Positions 53,804 through 64,000 of a stretch of 64,000 bases of DNA are shown piece after piece. Position 1 is the stretch's first letter. The number at the start of each line of letters is the position of its first letter. The translations under genes and the position numbers were made by a program. The stretch lies in the NCBI GenBank assembly GCA_951406725.2, contig OX597815.1, positions 18,972,001 through 19,036,000 of the forward strand, in the 5' to 3' direction. Source of the stretch: Octopus vulgaris (lineage: Eukaryota). The notes under the pieces are model-generated. The model was not told where the DNA came from, made no database searches, and was given only the letters and a program-made list of their open reading frames with translations.

Positions 53804-54219
53804 CTCTTTTACTCTTTTACTTGTTTCAGTCATTTGACTGTGGCCATTCTGGAACACCGCCTTTAGTCGAGCAAATCGACCCCAGGACTTATGCTTTGTA
53901 AGCCTAGTACATATTCTATCGGTCACTTTTGCCGAACCGCTAAATAACGGGGACGTAAACACACCAGCATCGGCTGTCAAGCGATGTTGGGGGGACAAAC
54001 ACAGACACACAAACATATACACACATACATACATATATATATGTATACATATATACGACAGGCTTCTTTCAGTTTCCGTCTACCAAATCCACTCACAAGG
54101 CTTTGGTCGGCCTGAGGTTAGAGTAGAAGACACTTGCCCAAGGTGCCACGCAGTGGGAGTGAATCCGGAACCATGTGGTTGGTAAGCAAGCTACTTACCA
54201 CACAGCCACTCCTACGCCT
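53804..54219 (-). mobile_element. SINE family A, full length
   Basis: cttttacttgtttcagtcatttgactg...cacagccactcctacgcct. Confidence 0.92.
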
Positions 54220-54396
54220 GAAAAAAAGTGTCGGACTAATATTAAAAACTGAAGAAAGTGCTAGAGATATTTTAATACGAGCAAATATACTCTCCAGCTT
54301 AGTTATAAACTACCACTTTAACAAAATGAACTGCTGTTTAGGTAAACTGAAGAGCTTAAAGAGAAAATTCTCACCTTAACACATACAAAGCAATTA

Positions 54397-54802
54397 AGGA
54401 GTGGCTGCGTGGTAAGTAGCTTGCTAACCAACCACATGGTTCCGGGTTCACTCCCACTGCGTGGCATCTTGGGCAAGTGTCTTCTACTATAGTCTCGGGC
54501 TGACCAAATCCTTGTGAGTGGATTTGGTAGACGGAAACTGAAAGAAGCCTGTCGTATATATGTTTATATATGTGTGTTTGTGTGTTTCTGTGTCTGTGTT
54601 TGTCCCCCTAGCATTGCATGGACAACCGATGCTGGTGTGTTTACGTCCCCGTAACTTAGCGGTTCGACAAAAGAGACCGATAGAATAAGTACTGGGCTTA
54701 GAAAGAATAAGTCCCGGGGTCGATTTGCTCGACTAAAGGCGGTGCTCCAGCATGGCCGCAGTCAAATGACTGAAACAAGTAAAAGAAAAAAGAATAAAAG
54801 AA
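54397..54802 (+). mobile_element. SINE family A, full length, inverted relative to the two preceding copies
   Basis: aggagtggctgcgtggtaagtagc...gactgaaacaagtaaaagaa. Confidence 0.92.
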
Positions 54803-55002
54803 AGTGTTGCAAAGCAGACACTTCAAGACTGATGCGGATAGAGTATACAAACCTCTCATACATGGTACATGCGGTTTTATACAGATAGAAGAATACTACG
54901 GAGTGATAACAATGAGACAAGCTATACACTTAGAGACGACAACCAATGAGTGGTTGATTAGTGTGATAAAGGAATATTAAGTAAACATATATAAGAGAAG
55001 AA

Positions 55003-55221
55003 GCGGCGAGCTGGCAGAAACGTTAGCACGCCGGGCGAAATGCTCAGCAGTATTTCTTTTGTCGCTACGTTCTGAGTTCAAATTCCGCCGAGGTCGACTT
55101 TGCCTTTCATCCTTTCGGGGTCGATAAATAAATTACCAGTTACACACTGGGGTCGATGTAGTTGACTTAATCCCTTTGTTTGTCTCCTCTATGTTTAGCC
55201 CTTTGTGGGCAATAAAGAAAT
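55003..55221 (+). mobile_element. SINE family B, full length with 17-bp TSD
   Basis: gcggcgagctggcagaaacgttagc...gtgggcaataaagaaa; TSD atatataagagaagaag at 54987-55003 and 55222-55238. Confidence 0.92.
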
Positions 55222-55899
55222 ATATATAAGAGAAGAAGGCGCAAATTAGAAAGTAACTACCCTGAAAGTAAAGATATAGAAACAAAAGAAATGTTAAAAC
55301 GAAATGTTAAAGATAAAATCGAGAGGATATTCCAAAATGTATCAGAGAAAACTCGACCACTCTGGATTGTTATCTTTTTTGTATCGATTCCAAAATCATG
55401 AACAGCAAACTTGACCTCAGCGTGATTTGAATTCAGAGTGCAAAAAGTCGGAGCAAATATCATGAGGCCTACATGCCAATGTTCCATCATCGCTGCCAAA
55501 ACTTTGCCTAAGAGTGATGCCGCTAGAATAGGAAATGAATATAAAACTTGGTATTGGTTAAGGCACACAAAGATGCATTCAATGTTTTAGTGAAAACAAT
55601 CGTTAAAAGTAGAACTACTTAAAATGGGGTTATAATAATTAATAGAAAATGGAGACCAAAACTTAAAAATAATGATTTTGTTCATACAGTACTAATGGAG
55701 ACATCCATCAAATTTCTAACGAGAAAAAGTTCCTTCAACCAAGCATTACATAGAGCAAATATACCAGAGTTAGCATCGAGGGGAATATGGCAGAGACAAT
55801 TAAAAGAATAGATGAAAAAGAAAGAACTCTAATATCAATGAACAAGGAACAATAGACACGTCCTACTTAAGGTCAAAACGAAATAATAATCTCAGGGCA

Positions 55900-56650
55900 T
55901 CCCTGAATAAAATTCAGCTATCCAATTCAGAATATTTGAAAATAAAGAGAATGAGTGATTTAATCTATTCAGGAGCAACGGTTATATCGTAGGCAATCAT
56001 GTTTGATACTAAATGACACAAACCTACCCAAATCAAATCAGAATATATTTCGTATAAGATTGAAAAGAACGAAATGAAACAGAAGATACGCTTAATATGA
56101 TAAAAGGGAACATCTAATAAAAACATATGATAACAATGAAGAAAACAAGGCACGCTTGTAGTATATTTACGTAAATGATAGCAGTAGTGACATATATAAT
56201 AAAACGCTTTGAAAACGCGAGAGCTTTCTCCAGAAGAGCAAATTACCTGAATCAAATCAGAGAAAATTCTAAAGACAAGAATTAGAAATTAATACATAAC
56301 ACTGAAGGGCTAACCACTACAAAGAGAAATTCGTGTAGGACGGTCGTGGAGAGCAATGTCCAAAGACATTTAGTACAATAAAATTGAAGAATGTGTCAGA
56401 CAAGAGAATTATTATTTTAAATAGTTAACATGGCTATAATACTTCACTAGTTCAACAAGAACAGAAGGTCCTTAAGATTGACAATGTCCCTACTTTCTGG
56501 TCGAATGCCAAATCAGTGTTTATGAATCAGTGATAAAAGTATTAAAAATACCTCAAAATAAATGTCTGAATGGCTACTGGAGGAGAAAATAGTATTAATA
56601 CCTGAAGAGAAGAACAACAGCGACATCCAAACTATGCACCAAATGTTAGT
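55900..56650 (+). pseudogene. Highly decayed non-LTR (R4/RLE-like) ORF fragment upstream of the RT core
   Basis: A-rich coding-like strand bias; peptides FWSN and EWLLEEKIVLIPE...YAP resemble FWxxxW and PxWLxxGxTxLIPK...NYRP. Confidence 0.4.
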
Positions 56651-56692
56651 TTATAAGCGGCATATAAAACCCGTATAGGCATACATATGAGT

Positions 56693-56730
<38 letters not shown>

Positions 56731-56784
56731 CTGTGAATGTGTATGAATGTAGACGTATATGTGGATGCAAAATCACATGTATAT

Positions 56785-56844
56785 CCAAGGTGCCACGCAG
56801 TGGGACTGAACCTGGAACCATGTGGTTGGTAAGCAAGCTACTTA
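56785..56844 (-). mobile_element. SINE family A 5' fragment
   Basis: ccaaggtgccacgcagtgggactgaacctggaaccatgtggttggtaagcaagctactt. Confidence 0.88.
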
Positions 56845-58517
56845 CCACACATCCACTCCTACGCTTCCCCTACTTAGGACAGCGAGGACTAAACTAATCT
56901 TCGCCTACGGAAAATATCCACTTGCCGTCTTCAATCAATCATAGCCTCCGAAAGCTAGGCTTCAGCTGCCGAGCCTATTTCTTTAGTGGTTTCCTTCATT
57001 CATATAGTATGTATATATGTTTGCAAAAGTGAAGAAGACTGACATTTCTGATTATTATTTTCTATCATCTTCATGATTGTAACTATACTCTACAGTACTA
57101 AAGACATTTCTATTTTCCTTTCTACTACGTATTTATGAGCACACATGTACGTTCATGCCATGAAGAACTGTGAAATGTATGCAGCTGGTGAAAGCAGAAT
57201 GAGAAAGGTGATAGACATACCACATAACTCTATTCTCAGAGGAGAAGTAACAGAATGGTTCCAAAAAACCTACAAAATAATATTCATCTAACTACCTACC
57301 GCTTCTAATAGGAGTGGTATACCGAACAATATTTTGTTTCCAACTGAAAAGACAAAGATTTCAGTAGAGTACTTCAATATTTTATAACATTTCATATTGA
57401 ATTTAGAAAAAATTAAATGGCAACCAATCGGTGGATTCATAATCCTCTTTCTGTTTATCTTTTCCTTTTCTCTGTTCTGTATTTCTATACAGCTTTATTT
57501 CTATTGTTTATATGGTTACATAATAACAGATATTGAATTCCATTATATTTCATTATTTTTTAGTTTATTATTTTTTTTAATCTCTAAACACACACATACA
57601 CACATAATAGAAACTGAATAGATAGGCACCTCACACTAAAGAGTAATTTCCTCTTACAACAGGAATAGTCAAACTAATGAAGAGTTGAGAAATAGATGTT
57701 GTGGGTTTCGATCCTTGGCTTGTGTATAACATGGACTACGTTAGAAGGCTTAGAGGGTTTGCTTGTTATGTATATGCGTATTTCTTTGTGCGTGTAGTTA
57801 TAAGTTGGGACAAGAGATTGGTGCTTTTCATAATATGGTATCTATTTAAGTTGGCTATTAACAGAAAAATTACGAGATACAAAATTTTGGCATAATATTT
57901 TTCATTTGAAGGTCAAAGGATTTGTGACTGAAAGTGATGTAGTTGCTAGTGTAAGAGATATATGTGACTAAAAGTATCTGTCGACCAATCAAGCATACAC
58001 TTGTACACCGGCATGAATACAGGCAGGAACAATCAAATAAAAAAAAACAAATGAAAATGAAGCTCCTGCTTTTAAAATATAAACCCACTATACATCAAAA
58101 TATTAAAATATAAACCCACTATACATCAAACACAATTGAAATCCAACGAAGGCGAACCAACAAACTACGTGTACCCAACGTTCATTAGGGTGAAGGCTTC
58201 CAGATTTGAAACCTCTAGTCACTGTGAAGTTTTGAACCGTCTCATTTTCACTATAAACTTTTGCTCTGCAATCAGACAAGCTTCTTTCTTTCTGAATGGT
58301 ATTAGAAACTGTTATTGCCTAATTATTCTGATATGTGTGCGATGCATGTAATTCGCGTGAATAAATTTATGTATGTGCATAAATCAATGGAGTGGTGACA
58401 TTTATTCAGCCGGGTTGCTATTCGCAACACCAATGATTGTTTATTCATTGTTTTCCTAAATAGGTAGGAAGATGGTGTAACTCAGTATCATATAAACAAT
58501 ATCTAGTTGGTTGTTTC

Positions 58518-58705
58518 AGGCGGCGAACAAGCAGAAACATTAGCACGCCGAGCAAAATGCTTAGCAGTATTCCACATGACTTTACCTCCTGAGTTCAAAT
58601 TCCATCGAAGTCGACTTTACCTTTCAGTTGAGCAGTGAAGTCGATGTAATCAATTTAACCCGTCCCCTAAAATTTCTGCCCTTGGGCCACAATTTGAAAT
58701 CAATA
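58518..58705 (+). mobile_element. SINE family B variant with alternative 3' tail
   Basis: aggcggcgaacaagcagaaacattagcacgccg...gagttcaaattcc...ccttgggccacaatttgaaatc. Confidence 0.8.
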
Positions 58706-58711
58706 TCTATT

Positions 58712-59436
58712 TTCATTATTTTACATTTGACGGATATTTGTCCTCATCTTGTTTGTTGTTAACACAACGTTACGGCTGATATACCCGCCAGTCGTCATCA
58801 GGTACCGTGGGGAAATTTCGAACCTGGGTTCTCATTTTCCGATGTTGCTGTTGTTGTTATTATTATTTTTATTGTTATTATTATTCAGGTCACAGCTTGA
58901 AATCGAACTCGGAATCTTGTGGTTAGTAACGCGCGCTCTTAACCTATATGCCCTTGGGCAATTAGGGAGTGAATTTTACGGCTTATAGATTTAATATTTT
59001 CTTATCCTTCCTTAATACAGATTCCCATATGCTACTCATATCTGCTCTCGGTCTGCTTAGGAGGTTGTTGTGTCCTAGCATACGTGCTGCTTCTTTTAGT
59101 TTTCGCATTTTCCAGTGGCCTTTTTTCTGCGTATTATTTTAACTTCATCCCACAAGGGGAGGTGGTCACTATTTTTCCATATGTGATCAGCTATACCCGA
59201 TTTATCAATATCTCCTCGTGCGATTTATCAATATCTCCTCTTGCGATGTTCGTCTACACTTATTTTGAGGGAGCAGCATGTTTTGCCTTAGTGTACGCTA
59301 CCACAGCTGCCTAGGAGGGAGTACACGCAGTCTTTGGTCATATTCACTTCCACTGTTGGTTTTACTCGGAGATATTTGCGAAGTGTTAATAACAACCAAG
59401 ATGATAAGAAATACCCGTCAAATGTAAACAATGTAC
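58712..59436 (-). mobile_element. 5'-truncated Penelope-like retroelement: GIY-YIG endonuclease remnant, 3' pLTR with tRNA-like segment and hammerhead, and inverted pLTR piece at the 5' end
   Basis: Minus-strand peptide KDCVYSLLGSCGSVH*GKTCCSLKISVDEHR...KSGIADHIWKNSDHLPLWDEVKII...RKLKEAA (GIY-YIG signature). gtgttaacaacaaacaagatgaggacaaatatccgtcaaatgtaaa (minus, 58765-58720) recurs on the plus strand at 59384-59430. Confidence 0.88.
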
Positions 59437-59941
59437 GCAATTCCTCATCTCTTAAATATAGAACAATATCTATTTTGTTTGTTTTTACGTACATTCTATG
59501 TAACATTCAAACATGAATTTCATAACAGAATACAATTACAATACTCAAACGAAAATACATATGGAGTTGTAAACACTAGTTATTTGTCACGCAATTTAAG
59601 GTTTAAATTGCACTGGACCAATATATCATTCATATTAATATTTATATGCATGGTAAGATCAACAAAAGACTTGTATTATCTCCTATAATCGACAAAAAAT
59701 TGCAGTGTTGAATGGAAATTCTTCATTGCGGGCAGATACCTTCTTCAAGGTAAAGATGACACGAGGGAAATCAATTTAGCTTTAACCCCGTCAACTTTTC
59801 CCCGAAGAAGGAACATGTCGGTAACGCTGCCATTCCTACTTCCCACCACCGGCAAGTTCACTGTACTCTGGTCGATTATACTGAGTAATACAAGTCTCGT
59901 CGGCGCTATCCAGCGCCGATGTCTTTGGATTCAATTTTATC

Positions 59942-60006
<65 letters not shown>

Positions 60007-60042
60007 CATATATGCCAATACATACAAACACACACACCTATA

Positions 60043-60085
<43 letters not shown>

Positions 60086-60149
60086 TATGCATATGTAATT
60101 ATGTATAATTTATATGAATATATTAATACATTTTTATATGATTATTGCT

Positions 60150-60181
<32 letters not shown>

Positions 60182-60675
60182 TATGCATGCTTATAAGTAT
60201 GATGTATGTCGCATAGCAAACAATCATAAACAGAAATTCAAAGGGAGAGGAATGTATTAATTAATAGTTGGTATTATAGCTTTCGTTTTTTAATAACCGA
60301 TATTTTTCATTGTTCGCATGTTCCATCTTTGTGATATGATTGTCGAAAATTCACCTCCATAAACTCAGAATCAAAAGAAATTTTACAATAACATCCTGAT
60401 GATTCGAGGCATGCGGGAAAAAATTACCTATAAAACATGCTATGAAGATGCATGGCATTAATATATGTATATTGTTATCTAATTTACGGTTATTTTTCGT
60501 CCTTATATTCATGTTGGTAGCAAATATTATACGAGGGATATTATAATATATGATATTACTGCCTAATATTCATTACATATAACATATGATATTATGGATA
60601 GATGCGTGCACATACATATACATGTATACACACTCACACAGACACAAATATACATATATATATATATAGAGAGAG

Positions 60676-60752
<77 letters not shown>

Positions 60753-61129
60753 TGCATATATATATTCAGATATTTATATATGTATATATATACATATATA
60801 TTATATTTATGTGTATATGTTTGTGTACATATATGTGTGTGTGTGTTTGTGTATACGTGCGTGTTTATGTGTGCATATTTCTATGTACATAATGCAATGT
60901 ATACAGCAGGCAATAAGAAACACAAATAAGTACAGTTTATGATACAAATCATGTGCAGTCGAAGCATAAGCTTTGTTTCATTTTTACATACAAAGCATAC
61001 GAATCACAACTATTTGTCTAATGGAAAAGTTTATCATGAATATATATATGTGTGTGACTGCGTGTGTTTGTGTGTATGTGTGTGTGTGTGTGTATCACTA
61101 TCATTGTCCAGCTTTGTTTTAAACACTTC

Positions 61130-62230
61130 CCTGATTGAGATAAACGCATTCGATCTTGTCCTCATTTTAATTGATATTGCTCGCTGCATATTATCTCTGC
61201 GCTAAGCAGATGTACTCCTTTACCTCCACGATTTCATCGCATGTCACTTCTATTCAGTCCTGAACTACATTTTCAGACCACACGAGTCAATTTTATTTGT
61301 GGGTAGTGCGGATCATGTTAAATCTTACTGCTGAGCCATGGGTGTCGAATTCTATCGAAATGGTTTTCAGCTGATCTGTGGCTTCGCCGATGATTACAAA
61401 TCCATATGTAAATCGGAGGAGTGTAAGTAGTTCGCTCTTGATTTTCACACCGCCTCCCATCCAAAGTCTCTAATGAACATTTCTAGGCATGCGGTGCAGG
61501 GCTTTGAAGAGATATCTCCCTGTTTGACACACTTCTCAATGGGAGGTCATATTGGTTTCCACAGTAAAGTTATATCAGTGGTGCATCTAGAGCTTGTATT
61601 CCTCAGCATTTCGGTGTGTTGCGTCTCCTTATCTTGCATTTCCAGAGATTTCTGCATTGCGTCTCCATGCTATCGAATGCTTTTTCGTAATTGACGAGAG
61701 CGGTGCACATAGGCAGCTGGTATCCTTTTCCTCTTTCCATAAGTTGTGTTAGAGTAAATATGTGATCCATCGTACAGTGGTTCTTATGGAAAAATGAGTT
61801 CTCCCTAGGCTCCTGGTTATAGTCTAGAGACTATGACCTTGTAAAAAGCTTATACATATAAGACAAGAGGTATATTGGTTGATACTTTCTTAAATTTTCT
61901 TTATCACTCTTCTTACGAAGTGAGATGGCATTCCACTCTTTCTGCAGTGAGGGTATTTTATCGTCCTTCAAAGAGCGATTGAAGCGAAGAATGAGGATTT
62001 TCTGCAACTTTTCATCTTTGCACTTCAATGCCTCTGCTGTTATGCCATTATTCCTGAAGCTTTGTCTGCTTTCATCAGATACGTGAATTTTCAATTTCAC
62101 AGATGAGCTGGTACTTATTCCAACGTTTATGACGGTGGATGATCAAGCTTTTCTGATGATGTACGGAGGTTGAGTCTTCACTCATGATTTAAAAAGGTTG
62201 GTGTAAAAGGTGTTGAATGTCTCTGCCATC
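61130..62230 (-). mobile_element. RTE-clade LINE reverse transcriptase pseudogene
   Basis: KSDKENLRKYQPIYLLSYMYKLFTR, TMDHIFTLTQLME, NYEKAFDS, VKQGDISS, LLTLLRF: decayed RTE RT domains 1-5. Confidence 0.85.
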
Positions 62231-62477
62231 TATTCTATGTCAGTAACCGAAAGTAAGTTATAAATATCCCTGTGTGACTATGCATATATGTATGAATATA
62301 CTGGTTATATGTGAATATACATGCTAAGACGGGAAAGGTAAGCAGTAATATATATTTCGAAGATCCTGGAGATCACGGTACCCTGCTTTGGTATCGAAAG
62401 TTTTAAAAGCCTGTAGTGCATCAAACCTTCCAAACATGCTGTCGAAAATAAAGACTTGGTGTCAAAAAGCGTGGAAA

Positions 62478-62682
62478 TCGAGAAAACACAGCTCCCATGA
62501 TTTTCGGAAACATTTTTTCACGCTCAGAGTTGCTGAGGCATGGAATAAACTGCCTGCGTCAGTTGTTGACTGCCATGACACTGCATCCTTTAAGGCCCTT
62601 ATGCTTTCCGAAATCCGCCGAAACTACACCTGATCATATATACACTTTAGATGAGTTGTAGTGCACCTGAGCACTGTACACA

Positions 62683-62762
<80 letters not shown>
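62478..62762 (+). mobile_element. CR1 LINE 3' fragment with (ATT)n tail
   Basis: RKHFFTLRVAEAWNKLPASVV...SFK, short 3' UTR, then (ATT)n. Confidence 0.88.
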
Positions 62763-62766
<4 letters not shown>

Positions 62767-63003
62767 AACTTTCCAAAACACATGAAAGATCACCTGGAGT
62801 GGGAACGGATATTTTAAGAAGCACCTTGGCCTTCTGTTCTCGAAGGTCTCGGATGAACCTTTTATCACAGCAAGAAATTCATATAGAATAGCAATATTAC
62901 ATACACCATTCATTCACCAAATCCAACCACACGAGACTGTCCACTAAAAAGGTGATAGTAATGGTGGCGCCTCAACATGCCCTAGAACATATAACGGAAA
63001 GAA

Positions 63004-63051
<48 letters not shown>

Positions 63052-63056
63052 TATAT

Positions 63057-63440
63057 AGGTGCAGGAATGGTTGTGTGGTATGTAGCTTGCTTACCATCTA
63101 CATGGTTCCAGATTCAGTCCACTGCATGGTACCTTGGGCAAGTAACAACTACAGCAAGGGTCGACCAAAGACTTGTGAGTGGATTTGGTATATGAAAACT
63201 GAAAGAAGCCCGTCGTATATATGTATCTTTGTGTGTCTGTGTTTGTCCCTCCCCACCATCACTTGACTACCGACGTTGATGTGTTTACGTCTCCGTAAAT
63301 TAGCGGTTCGGCAAGAAGAGACCGATAGAATAAGTACTAGGCTCACAAAAATTAAGTCATGGGGTCGATGAGTTCGACTAAAGGCGGTGCTCCAGCATGG
63401 CTGCAATCAAATGAATGAACCAAATAAAAGAATAAAAGAA
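63057..63440 (+). mobile_element. SINE family A, diverged full length
   Basis: aggtgcaggaatggttgtgtggt...ccttgggcaagt...aaggcggtgctccagcatggctgca. Confidence 0.88.
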
Positions 63441-63605
63441 TATATTAAACATATGGATGTATGCCCTTCTTGATACAAACATACCTATGGCTTGATAAAT
63501 TGATAGATAAATATGTGTAACTGAAAATATATTGAGAAAGTGCGAAATCGCTCGTTCTTTAGTTTAGTTTACAGATATTTCTGAACTATTCTTTTATTTT
63601 CTGAA

Positions 63606-63800
63606 TTGTTTCAGTCATTTGACTGCGACTGCGTTGGAGTAATGCCTTTAGTCGAGCAAATCGACCCCAGGACTTATTCTTTGTAAGCCTAGTACTTATT
63701 CTATCGGCTCTCTTCTTACCGAATCGCTAAGCTACTGGGACTTAAACACACCAATATCAGTGTCAAGCGACGGTGGTGGGACAAACACAGACACACAAAT
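63606..63800 (-). mobile_element. SINE family A 3' half, inverted to the preceding copy
   Basis: ttgtttcagtcatttgactgcg...gtcgagcaaatcgaccccaggacttattc...gggacaaacacagacac. Confidence 0.88.
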
Positions 63801-64000
63801 ACATATATACATCTATCTAGCTAGATACATAGAAAATTCTATATGAATTAACTCAGAAATCGGGGCCGATTCGATAATAACGAAATGTTTTGGAAATTTC
63901 TGTCGGCTTCCTTCGAGACGCGTGCTTATAGTGATGAATTATATGGTTATATGGCACTGGAATTTTTTCTTTTGCCCTCGTTTAGAAGTTACCGCGTGTG

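Noticed and set aside
58073-58130. 31-bp tandem duplication (similar ones at about 29594 and 59198)
   Set aside because: Ordinary slippage-type duplications.
59700-59945. Open frame ...[15 protein letters not shown]... and GC hairpin tcggcgct-atcc-agcgccga
   Set aside because: No recognisable domain or convincing splice sites; the hairpin lacks a Helitron-type CTRR end.

Overview
AT-rich, microsatellite-dense animal DNA. The SINE repertoire and repeat landscape look like an Octopus (coleoid cephalopod) genome; this is an inference, not a database result. The only convincing host coding sequence is the 3' part of a large low-complexity exon (open from position 2 to a GT donor at 1180). The rest is most simply read as one very long intron or intergenic stretch. 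It holds about 25 tRNA-derived SINE copies of three families, remnants of R4/Dong-like, CR1, RTE and Penelope retroelements, a self-inverted mariner derivative, a MITE with an 8-bp TSD and an 18-unit minisatellite. Nearly all ORFs in the supplied track are microsatellite or TE artefacts. The most interesting signal is at the RNA level: a series of foldback (inverted-repeat) cassettes next to (TA)n runs, several carrying minimal type I hammerhead ribozyme motifs of the Penelope pLTR type. These include an intact bidirectional hammerhead palindrome at about 19.3-19.6 kb, nested in a larger inverted repeat, and a Penelope 3' end in which a tRNA-like Pol III head lies directly upstream of a hammerhead. 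I found no new protein-coding system. Identities were estimated by eye.
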